DNA of 34,431 nt. Source: Thelocarpon superellum. Taxonomy: Eukaryota. Location of the stretch: positions 1 through 34,431 of the forward strand of contig JAPEUG010000171.1 of NCBI GenBank assembly GCA_026025795.1, given 5' to 3'. A program made the position numbers and the translations under genes. A model generated the notes under the pieces. That model ran no database searches, was not told the origin of the DNA, and was given only the letters and a program-made list of their open reading frames with translations. Below, one piece after another: positions 24,507 to 34,431 of the stretch; position 1 is the stretch's first letter, and each line of letters begins with the position of its first letter.

Positions 24507-25004
24507 GCATGATGAGCTTTAGATGGGACCATACCGTACGATCATCTTTCCGGACAGAACTACACATTCGCGGGATGGTCGTGTGCGTGCGAATGAAGCT
24601 TTGCTCATTGACCCTGGCAGGGCGAGTTGCCGTTCACTAGCGACCATGTCGGCAGCTGTCGCCTGTACCGCCACAGCCGCGCTGGGTCGATGAAGCGTGC
24701 TCACCAGGGTTATTGGCGCGCCGCACGCTGCCTACTCGTCCTCCTAACCGTACTTTGGCCTTGGTCAACGGAGGAGCGGCAAAGATCCCTCGCTGAGGCC
24801 CAGAAACCAACCTAGCAGTTCTACCACTCCGCCATCCTCTCCCGTGTCCCAGCATCCCCTCCGTTGACGCGATCGGCATCGCGGCTCCACCGGTCCGGCA
24901 ACGCGGTGAGCGACATGGACGGGCCAAGATCCCCGGCTCCAAGACGCACAGGATCGTTTGCATAGGAGGGCCCGCCGTCCATCCGATCGCCGCCGCCAGG
25001 GACG

Positions 25005-26950
25005 ATGTCTCGCATCGGCTACGCCCATCTGCCCACCCCGGCGACCCACGCTGCGCGCGACTCGTTGGAGCTGGCCTCGCTCGCATCCTCCTCTCACGGC
25101 TCGGATGCCACCTCGCGATCCTCGTCCCCGTCTGGGATCTCCTCGTCCCGGAAGCTGTCGCTCGAAAATGACGACCCCCTAGATGCCTCCAATCCCGCGG
25201 GCAGCGTGCGACCTGGTGCTCACGGCCGCTCTTATTCCGTGTCGTCGGCATTTGATTTTACCTCCAACCTCTTCCCCTTGTCGTCGACGGCGCTTGGAGG
25301 CTACGCGCCCCTCGGCGCCCCGACGGCCACGTCGCTCGACCCGCACCTCGGCCTCGCCGGGGGCTCGCTCGAGAAACACAAATCGCTGACCTATCTGAAT
25401 GGCCTTTCCCTCGTCGTCGGGCTCATCATCGGCTCCGGCATTTTCTCGTCCCCCAGCCAAGTGAACGCCAACGCCGGCTCACCTGGCGCTTCGCTCATCG
25501 TCTGGGTGGTCGCGGGCCTGCTGGCCTGGACGGGGGCATCGAGCTATGCCGAACTGGGTGGCGCCATCCCCCTCAACGGCGGCTCACAGGTCTACCTGGC
25601 CAAGATCTTTGGCGAGCTCTTCGGCTTTCTCTTCACTTGGTGCGCCGTGTGCGTGCTGAAGCCCGGATCGGCGGCCATCATCGCCATCATCTTCGGCGAG
25701 TACGTCGTCCGCGCCGTCGTCGGAGCGGACGCGGAGAATGTCAGCGGATGGATCAACAAGGGTGTGGCGCTGCTCGGCCTCAGTCTCGTGACACTACTCA
25801 ATTGCGTCTCGACCAAGCTCGGCACGCGGATGGGCGACATGTTCATGTTTTTCAAATTCCTCGCCTTGCTGGGTGTGGCCATAACCGGCGTCGTGGTGGC
25901 GGCAACGGGCTTCGCATGGAAAGGGCACGCGAGCGACGATTGGAAGACCCATGGCTGGTTCGACGGGACCAGCACCAACATCTCCTCGTGGGCCGTGGCC
26001 CTCTACGCCGGCCTCTGGGCGTTTGATGGGTGGGACAACGTATGCCTGATCCAGCCCAGGTGGTTGAACCCCCAGCTGATGCAATCTTGCCCTAGGTCAA
26101 CTACGTCGTCGGCGAGTTTCGAAACCCCCACCGGGATCTACCACGCGTCCTCCACACCTCCATGGCGCTGGTGGTGGTATCGTACATCCTTGCCAACGTC
26201 GCCTACTTTCTCGTGCTGCCGACCAAGGTCATCGAGAGCAGCAACACGGTGGCGGTGCAATTTGGCGCCAAGGTGTTTGGCCCCATCGGCTCGCTCATCG
26301 TGGCGCTGATGGTCAGCGCTAGTTGTTTCGGCGCGCTGAACGCCACGGCCTTCACCAGCGGACGTCTGGTCTATGTAGCCGGCAAGGAGGGCTACATGCC
26401 CGCGGCGTTTGGGCAGATCGGATTCGGCAGCATGGACAGCGCGTCCGGGCGGCTCCGTCCCCGCTCCTGGTTCAATAAGCGGCTGTCGGCCTTGATCGGC
26501 GACGAGGAGAGTGGCATCGGCTTCACCCCCATCAACGCCATGGTCTTCAACGCCGTGCTGACGGCCGCCTACGTGATGGTGGGCGAGTTCGGCACGTTGG
26601 TGACCTTTTACGGCGTGGCGGGCTACACCTTCTATTTCATCACGGTGCTAGGCCTGATCGTGTTGCGCGTGCGCGAGCCTATGCTGGAGCGACCCTACCG
26701 CACCTGGATCTCGACACCCATCATCTTTTGCTGCGTCAGTCTATTTCTCTTATCACGCGCTGTCTTTGCCCAGCCCTTTCAAACACTCATTGTGGTCGTT
26801 TTTGTTGCGGCTGGCGTTCCCGTTTATTACTGCATGGTCAAGGGTCGAAGGGGACGCGGTGGGGGGGGTAGAAAAGCCCCAAGCGCGGACCAGAGTAACG
26901 GTGCCGAGAGCAGATGGAGGTTTTGGACACGATGGACCAAGGGTCGATAA
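25005..26950 (+). CDS. APC superfamily L-type amino-acid transporter (LAT/Mup-like permease), 629 aa; exons 25005-26039, 26096-26950
   Basis: TM1 GLIIGSGIFSSP, YAELG.AIP.NGG, TM6 LWAFDGWDN|VNYV.GE, FGALN..AFTSGRLVY.AG.EG, LR.REP.LERPY. Intron 26040-26095 (GTATGC...GCTGAT...TAG). Confidence 0.93.
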
Positions 26951-27324
26951 TGCATATTCGGAGGGCGAACGGCGAGGTATCGGAGGGTGCGCCCTGTTTG
27001 TCGATCGCCGATAAATTAGAAGGGGCTTTGGGGGGTTTTGCTTCCTACGCCCGCTGTATCTCACAATGCATCAAGGCCGTCTGATTCTACTGCCGGTCTT
27101 TGAGAAAAGCACAGCATACGTAGCAGACAGATTCAAATTACGCCCACGTTTGGCTATGCGCCGCTTGAAATTCGGATTTTTGAGGAGACAAAGGCCGAAG
27201 AGTCGGCATCGAAAGGCCGCAGCATCATCAGCGTGCTCGGTTCTGTTCTCGTTTGTCGGTGTACGATCAGATTGGCCGTGAGACCCTCGACTTGCTCCCT
27301 TTCAAATATGCACCGGACGGCATG

Positions 27325-28465
27325 TCATGGTCGACCTCGTCCGATCCACCTGCCGCCTTCATCTCGCCAGCAAACGACCGCTCGACCATTCCCTTGTCCG
27401 CGGATGGGATATCCCGACTCATCCCGGACCAAGTCGTTATCTCCTTCCCCAAGCCAGTCTCGCCATATCTCCAATCCAGCCCACGCCATCGAGCTCATGA
27501 TCATGTCCGCCACCCGCATAGCTTGCGCTACATCGGCCACCTCTAGTACGACCAGCTTGGCCTGGACTTCTGTAGCAAGGCAAAGAAGTCGTGGGTAAAA
27601 CACATCGCCTTGGTCGTCGACCGTCCCTTCACTCGATGTGCGAAGATCCGGAGGTGCGGCGCAGACAGGAGGCACCAGCGCCAGCTTGGGCTCCCAAGTC
27701 CTCACCGATCGACTTGTGTCCCGGTTGAACGACGTGGGTGAGATGTAGGGGGGGTTGCACACCATGAGATCGTATCCGGTGCTGCGTTGGGGGATGGCAT
27801 TGTTCATGCCAGCTTCCTTTGCAAGGATGTCGCCGTGCTGGAACTGGACCTGCTCTATGGCGTCGGCCTCGAGCTTGCCGATCCGCACATTGTGCTGGAG
27901 GTTCCTCCTCGCAAGCGCCACGGCATCTGCTGAGATATCCACCCCTGTCGTCTCGACACGTGCAAAGCGCTGGCGAAGTTCGCTGTGCAGCAAGAGTGAT
28001 ATGCATCCGGTGCCCGAACATGGCTCGAGAATTCGAAAGGTCGATATCGGCCCATCGCAATGACGGATGAGCCGCTGGGAGAGGTAAGACGTGTAGCATT
28101 CGGTCTCAGGCCTACACCTCCTTAGCACTGCTTCAACGCATGATGGCCGTGAAAGAGCATTACCGCGGGATCAAGACGGAGGGCCGGCATAGAATGTCGA
28201 GATCACCAAATGGCTGGTCCCCGAGGATATATTGCAATGGTTTACCCCGGCTCCTTTCGACGCAGAACTGCCGTAGCAGCAGGCCACATTGCCATTTCTT
28301 GGCGGCGATGGGAGCCTTTGGCTTGCACAGTTTGGCCGCGTGAGATCTCAACCAGCGAAGCTCGGACCGGGCGTGGGGTAGGCTTCGACAGACCTGGACC
28401 AGGAAGGGTAACAGTGGATGTTCATGATGGGCGCGATGGATCTGGCGCCATGACAGGCGCGGCAT
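27325..28465 (-). CDS. MTQ1: Mitochondrial release-factor N5-glutamine methyltransferase (HemK/PrmC family), 362 aa; exons 28465-28164, 28111-27325
   Basis: MPRL start typical of fungal Mtq1, G.PLQYILG.QPFG.L.ILCRP.VLIPR|PETE, SAM motif EPCSGTGCI, NPPY, SVR.WEPKLALVP, IWRDW. Intron 28163-28112 (GTAATG...GCTAAG...TAG). Confidence 0.92.
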
Positions 28466-28660
28466 ACGATTGCACGAGTAAGGAATGGGGCAGGTTGAGT
28501 CGTGATGTTGAACGTGTAAAAGACTGAGGAGTGCCCCAGGCGACGATTGTCCTTGGTCGTGGTAGCTGGAGGTCCCCCGTAGCGAATCTTGAGGAAGTAC
28601 ACATATGGACGTCATAGTCCGGGAGCACAGGAGCCGACGCTGTTTTTCTCACCAATCTCC

Positions 28661-30361
28661 ATGATTCCCTTGATAGCTATCAGACATGGCGGCACTGTTG
28701 AAGCCTGCTGTCTCCTCAGAAGAGCTGCCCTCGCACAGAGAACCGCCTCTATCGCATCTATCCTCACTCAAAGAAGGATCCCGGGTCAAGGTCAAACTAG
28801 ATGCGCGTCGGCCACACCTGACAGCCACATCCCATCGCGCCACCCGCGACGAAGACGGACGCGATATATACAGATCCTCTCGGTCGGCGCCTCGACAATA
28901 TGGGCATACTTTCGTCTTAGTTCCGGGACTGGCACGGAGGAATTGAATCCCACCACCTTTACGTCGTTCACGCTGGTTTCCAAAGTCGGCGTCTCCTCTA
29001 CCAGTAGCATCTTCACCCTGACGCCGACCACACCAACCACGAGACGGACATCCGCGAGCGAAGATGACCCTTATGCCGCGCTCTGGCGACGAGGGATTTG
29101 GAGCGTGCAGATCAAGCAGCCTCAATTGCAGATCGCGCGGTCATACACACCATTACCACCCTCGTCGTGCTTTTTTCCGTCGAGCGATTCCGACCCGTCT
29201 TACCACGAGTACGAGCACGGGCACGAGCACCAGCACCAGCACGAGCACCAGCATGCACATGACCCGCATACCCTCCGCTTTCTGATCCGCAGGGAACAGG
29301 GAGGAGAAGTATCAACCTATCTCCACAACCTCCCAGTAGGTTCGACGATTGAACTTCGAGGGCCAAGGTTGGAATGGGAAGTTCCTACAACGGCGAAGAG
29401 GATCCTGTTTCTGGCGGGCGGGACGGGTATAACGCCTGCATTACAGCTTGCGCATCTCGTGTCCAAGGCACCAAAGATCCTCGCGCGTGGACAGGAAGCG
29501 GGACAACAAGACGACGACTCCAACGAGAACCAGCATATGATGCACATCCTCTGGGCGAATCGGCGACGAGAGGAGTGCAAGGGGGGGGTGAGCAGCTCCG
29601 GTACGAGAGGACCCTCCACCCGGTCCTCGTCTCAAACCACCTCCACCTCCACCTCCACCTCAACGCCTCTAGTACAATATCTGTCTAGCCTCCAGCAAAG
29701 CGACCCTCGCAAAATCAAGACGGATTATTTCGTCGACGAAGACCAGACTCGGATATCAGGCCCCGTGATCAGCGAAGCGATGCAATCTCTCGAGGAGGGG
29801 TCGAAATGTCCATCATGTACCGCATCGACCTCGACCACGAAGATCGGCGCACCAACCCAGGCATCCTCTCTCTCGAGGCCGGGCTGGAGCTATAGCCTCA
29901 GCTCCACGTCTCCGGGGGACAACAACACGGCGCCGATCGCCACGACGATCTCAAGCAGGTCACCGGCGAGAACACCAACACCATTGGCCGCCGTCGAAGA
30001 AGAAGCGAGAGGAAAGGAAGAAGAAGAAGAAGAAGGAAGAGGAGAAGAGGCAAGAGGAACAAAAGACGAAACAACCACCACCGGACGGATGATCGTCGTG
30101 GTAGCCGGACCGGATGGATTCGTGGACTTCCTAACGGGTGACGCCACGCCTGGCTGTGGCCCCATATCAAGATCAGCGTCCGAGTCACGCGACCCCGCGT
30201 GCCGAAATATCGCTGGTGGTGGTGGTGGTGGTGGTGGTGGTGGTGGTGGAGACGTGAAACGTGCTGGTCTTCTTGGAGCCGTGTTAGCTTCGTTGCAGGT
30301 TTCGCGTGATTGCCACTGCCACTGCCACTCTCATGGCGGGTGGGATGTAATTCGTCTATGA
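28661..30361 (+). CDS. CYC2: Cyc2-like mitochondrial FAD/NAD(P)-binding oxidoreductase (cytochrome b5 reductase/FNR family), about 566 aa with low-complexity insertions
   Basis: LNP.TF.SFTLV.K..VSSTSSIFTL, WSVQIKQPQLQIARSYTP (RxYT FAD motif), GEVS.YLH.LP.GS.IELRGP, LAGGTGITPALQ, ILWANRR, YFVDE, GPDGF, C-terminal W.V.RL. The ORF track start at 28589 is a TTG; the first ATG is 28661. Confidence 0.85.
   Translation: MIPLIAIRHGGTVEACCLLRRAALAQRTASIASILTQRRIPGQGQTRCASATPDSHIPSRHPRRRRTRYIQILSVGASTIWAYFRLSSGTGTEELNPTTFTSFTLVSKVGVSSTSSIFTLTPTTPTTRRTSASEDDPYAALWRRGIWSVQIKQPQLQIARSYTPLPPSSCFFPSSDSDPSYHEYEHGHEHQHQHEHQHAHDPHTLRFLIRREQGGEVSTYLHNLPVGSTIELRGPRLEWEVPTTAKRILFLAGGTGITPALQLAHLVSKAPKILARGQEAGQQDDDSNENQHMMHILWANRRREECKGGVSSSGTRGPSTRSSSQTTSTSTSTSTPLVQYLSSLQQSDPRKIKTDYFVDEDQTRISGPVISEAMQSLEEGSKCPSCTASTSTTKIGAPTQASSLSRPGWSYSLSSTSPGDNNTAPIATTISSRSPARTPTPLAAVEEEARGKEEEEEEGRGEEARGTKDETTTTGRMIVVVAGPDGFVDFLTGDATPGCGPISRSASESRDPACRNIAGGGGGGGGGGGGDVKRAGLLGAVLASLQVSRDCHCHCHSHGGWDVIRL
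30215..30250 (+). repeat. (GGT)11 coding microsatellite (poly-Gly12) in the Cyc2-like ORF
   Basis: Read directly; ORF translation NIA-G12-DVK. Confidence 0.9.
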
Positions 30362-30738
30362 GCGCCCCAACTCTCGTTATCCACCCACCCACTCGCTCAT
30401 CATGTGTGCCCGTGTCTCGATCAGTAAGGTGTACGAGTATGATAGCCATTGACGAAGCTTCGAATCAGTGTCAATTCTCGTCTTATCGAAAATATATACA
30501 AGGTCACCTGCGTGCCTAGCGAGCCAAGTTGATACCGGGACATCCTTCATCCATCCATACCTCTCGCCTTTTTCCGTCTGCCATGAATGAGTGAATCCCC
30601 TCGCTCTTCCTCTTGGTGGTATGAATGAGTGTGAGTGCGCTGGTGTGCAAGTATGCAAGGTAAAAGGAGTGTGTGATGACCCGTCCACCAAATGCGCTGG
30701 AAAAGAGAAGAAAACGAAGTCACTTATTAAACCAAATA

Positions 30739-33122
30739 TCAGATCCACGATCCAAAAGCCGCAGCGCCGACGCCCACACTCCGACCCGGATCCGGACCCG
30801 CATCTGCACCTCCCGCCGCCCCGCTTCGTGCCGCAGCGGCACCAACACTTCCCCCCACGTTGCCGGCAATGAGCCCACCGTAGGCGACCGCACTGCCGAT
30901 GTATCCGCCCTTGACGAGAGGCGGGGGGCTGCCTTTGATGATCGGTGGCGGGCTGGACAGGGGAAAGCCTCCTTTACCCGTGGGCGATGGAGTGGTCAGG
31001 AAACCTCCTTTGACGGTGGGAGATGACGTGGCGAGAAAGCCACCCTTGATGGTTGGCGGTCGACTGCCGAGGCAGTCGTTGCTCCGAGGGGTCTGGGGAG
31101 ACGGGATGGCGGGAAAGAAAGGGTGGGAGATGAGAGGGAAAGGTTTGGGTGATGGTGGGAGCGCTTTCATTGTGTTGCGGGGTGGGATTTTGGTGGTGGG
31201 AGTGCGAGTCGGAGTGGTAGTGGTAGTGGCAGTGGTGTTGGAAGGGGAATTGGTGGTCGTGACGGTCGTAGCAGGTATATATGTGGGCGTGGGAGCCGGT
31301 GCAGGAGTGAGCACGCTGACGATGGGCATGAGCGGGCTTGGACATCGGGTGGGTGGCTGCGACTGCAATTGCGTCTGCAGGGCCGATCCTGTGCGCGACT
31401 GCGAGAGGGTGGAAGGGTTCGAGGATGGCGCGTGGCTGAATCGCATCCCGATTTGGACCGTAGCAGACGTGGCGTTGGAGTTGCTGGGTCGGTGGCCCTT
31501 GAGGAAGAGGGGCGCGGGCGGAAGTAAGAGTGAGGGAGACGGGAGTTGATACGGGACTTTCTCCGCGCTGGGAAGGGGAGGCGAGGCTGGAAAGATCGAG
31601 TACAAGCTACTCGACCGGTTGATGTCGGAGGGAAAGCTCAGGGGTGGTAAGCAAATGGACTCTTCCTGGCGAGGCATCTCCTTGATGCACGGGACCTCCT
31701 GCTTGGCTGACGGGTCTTCCTTCGGCGACACATCTTGCTTTGGAGACGCATCATGCTCCGCCTTGGCGTCTCGCTCTCGCGTCGTATCTCGTTGGCGCTG
31801 CAAATCTTGCCGACGCTGCGCAAGGTTGTCTCTGCGGGCCAGGCTGTCGTTGCGACACGGCCAGGAAACCTCGGGGATTGGCACTGCTGGGATTCCGGGC
31901 TTGAAGATCGCCGGAAGATCATAGAACGTCGGTCCCGGCATCTCGGACGTGGGTAGCCCAACCGGGCTGGTGATGTGGATCTGGTAGCCGGAGTCGTGTC
32001 GGCTTTGTCGTCGCCGGAACGGCGATGGCAATTTGGGCCGTCGCGTCGCGAATAGCGAGCGTCCTCGGAGGACAAGGTAGGTGACGCTCATGATCAATCC
32101 TGTCGAGCTGAGCGTCGCGTTCGAGAGAGAGGACGAGATCAAAGCGGGCCGAGGACTGATGGCCTCGACAAAGTACGGGATGAGGAGACACTATCGCGAG
32201 TCAGCACAGTACTTAGCGTTGGGTAGGAACAGCACCAACCGATAACGTCGACGTCACGATGAGGAAGCAGATCAATCGCTTGGCCGCCAGGTACTCTTCA
32301 CTCTCTGGCTTGCCGTGGCGGAGCTGCATAAAGACAATGACGATAATCACTCCAAAGAGCACCAAAAAGCCCGCCATGACCATGACGCCAGTCAACGCGT
32401 AGTGCGCCGTGAGCCAGATGAGGCTGCTGTGACATTGCTCGGGACTGGGAGACACCTTGGTTGGGATCCAGAGCGTGGCGAGGAGGAAGACCACCGCAGC
32501 GATACATTGGACCGTGCTCCATCTCCCCCGCGACTGGAAGTACGGTCGCCTCACGTAGCGTAGCACTGCCTCCACCCCAAACACGAGACTCGTGGCGAAG
32601 ACGATCCAGACGGCTGGAAGCAGGTCAATCAACGGCAGAAGTAGTCCACGGGAGTAAACATACAAGGCCAGACAACTTGAGCGAGGGCTCGACACCCGCT
32701 CATCATACTACCCGGCCCAAAGCTGCTCTGGATGACGATGAAGATGACGCCTTGGATGGCGGCACTGATCAACAAGGCCAGGGCGAACACATCGGTGGGA
32801 GACACGTTCCAGGTCGGAAGGTGTCTCCTCCAGCTACGGACGTCAGTCACACTCCGTGCTCCTAGCGCGGGAGACGGTCGACCTACCCGTACTCCATCGT
32901 CGGCCATTCGTATCGCGATGTCCGCCATGCCCCAACGAGGATCACGATGGATGTGACCGAGGCGGCAAAGACGCTAAGCGAGGTCAAGATGATGATGGAT
33001 TGACCGTTCATCATGGCCAGCGGCGCGGACGCCGGTATGGCAACGGTATGGTTGGAGACATGCTCGGGAGAAAGGATGGCGTAGCCGGTGGGACCTCGGG
33101 CAACCAACGAGGCCCCGTCCAT
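30739..33122 (-). CDS. Orphan 7-transmembrane (GPCR-like) protein with a long Pro/Ser/Thr-rich cytoplasmic tail, about 743 aa; exons 33122-32887, 32833-32664, 32613-32240, 32190-30739
   Basis: Introns 32886-32834, 32663-32614 and 32239-32191 (GTAGGT/GTATGT/GTTGGT; ACTGAC/ATTGAC/GCTGAC; TAG/CAG/TAG) join four ORF fragments in frame. Seven hydrophobic segments; Cys at the start of TM3 and in ECL2. Start codon is tentative. Confidence 0.8.
30898..31059 (-). repeat. Coding tandem repeat of about 36 bp: PPTIKGGFLATS/SPTVKGGFLTTP/SPTGKGGFPLSS/PPPIIKGS/PPPLVKGGY
   Basis: Visible in translation and in DNA (aaagccacccttgatggt / aaacctcctttgacggt / aaagcctcctttacccgt). Confidence 0.8.
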
Positions 33123-34431
33123 CACCAGACCGTTCAAGCGAGTGTGATGACGAAAGTCGTCGAGCGAGCGGATGAGCTGAAAGTCATCAAGAACGAGAGC
33201 AAGACCCTCGAGAGGGGAACGGCGCCGACATGAAGGAGAGACCAGTGTCCCTTGCCGTGGCAAGAACCTCCGGCGCCGGCAGGAGGGGAAGCATATGGCG
33301 ATCCACGAAAAATCAAATCAAGAACGAGTGACGGTCGCAGACGACGCCATGCCCACTAGCCAAGGGAACGAGGGGACGAGGGGACGGGGGAGGGTCGGCA
33401 GAATGAGCCGGGATGGTATATATGAAGGCGACGCATCGACAACGAGACGGTGGGGCAGGGATGGGTGCAAGGGGAGCAGTGGGAGGGTGAAGCTTGGCCG
33501 GAGATTGGTAGGTAGAAGACCAGCCGGGTGCGGTTTCACAACCGTGCCCCGCCGCCGACGATAGACTCGACAGGGATGACGAGCGGTGGTTTGCCCAGCC
33601 GACGTCCGGCTTTCGCACCATCCCATTATCCAAAGGTGCCAGCCGAGCGGGAACGATGGAGGAAAAAACCCATGAAGATGTGGCCATGGAGATAGCATGG
33701 CATGTTCATGGTAGGAAACGTGTCAGAGAGATTGCTTGGTCGTCCTGGCGCGTGCCAAGGTCACGACATACCAGCCGATGGTTTGGCCTGGTGGTGGCCC
33801 AGATCAACCGCTCCGCATGCGGGCAGCATGGAGCCAGGGAAAACAAGACGACGTGCACATGGGGGAGGCCCAGCGCGAGCGACAAACGAGCCCAAGCTCC
33901 ATCAGGACCCGGGACCCAACGCGGCGCCTGTCAGGACGTGGAACGTCCCGGCTGCGATGTTGATCGGTCCTGACCCATTGTGGCCCGGCAGCAGACCAAC
34001 CGCCGCCAGGGAGGGTCGAGGAAGGCGCTCGCTGTCTGCTAGGCGGCAGCGGGGGTGGATGAGGCCTGGTCTCGTCTGGCAGCGTTGCCAAGGACTGGGC
34101 CTGGCCGCACCGCAACAGAAGCCTGGTCTGGACAGACTGGTGAAACCTGGGGTGTGTCGGATGATCGAGGGCTCGGTAGTGGGTGGAGGGGTCTCGCCGG
34201 GGAAGCGAGAGGCCGGGTACAGGCCCGGGCGGATTTGGTCGCTATTCTCGAAAACGGAGAGCAGTCACTGGCTCGGGGAGGGCCGGGGAGCCGACCGGCA
34301 ACGAGGACGGCCAGTAAGGGCCCTGTTTAATTTCCCGCCCCCCTTATCCCACGTTGTCGCCTCCCGGAACGCCAGCGAACATGGGCGTTAAGCTTCAACC
34401 CGGGCCGCTATGCAGTCGTCGTCCCCCAGAT

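Overview
Eukaryotic genomic DNA from a filamentous ascomycete (Pezizomycotina-like). It is GC-rich and has short (47-70 nt) GT-AG introns with CTRAY-like branch points, so the ORF track fragments most genes; I rebuilt the exons by hand and checked that the frames add up. Gene order: 3' end of homoaconitase (LYS4, +); spliced secreted PhiA-like protein (-); STRIPAK subunit Far11/HAM-2/Pro22 (+, 6 exons); an 85-aa Cys/Tyr-rich spliced micro-gene absent from the ORF track (+); a 782-aa fungal hypothetical protein (-); a nitrate transporter NrtA/CrnA with no nitrate or nitrite reductase nearby (+); a 134-aa 10-Cys secreted protein (-); mitochondrial leucyl-tRNA synthetase (-) head-to-head with a LAT/APC amino-acid permease (+); MTQ1/HemK methyltransferase (-) head-to-head with a Cyc2-like flavoprotein carrying microsatellite-like insertions (+); and a 7-TM GPCR-like orphan with a repetitive tail (-). 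I found no rRNA, tRNA, CRISPR or clear transposon, and no multi-gene novel system that I can support. The most interesting items are the hidden micro-gene, the orphan 7-TM protein, the two secreted proteins and an over-represented TACTCGTA motif.
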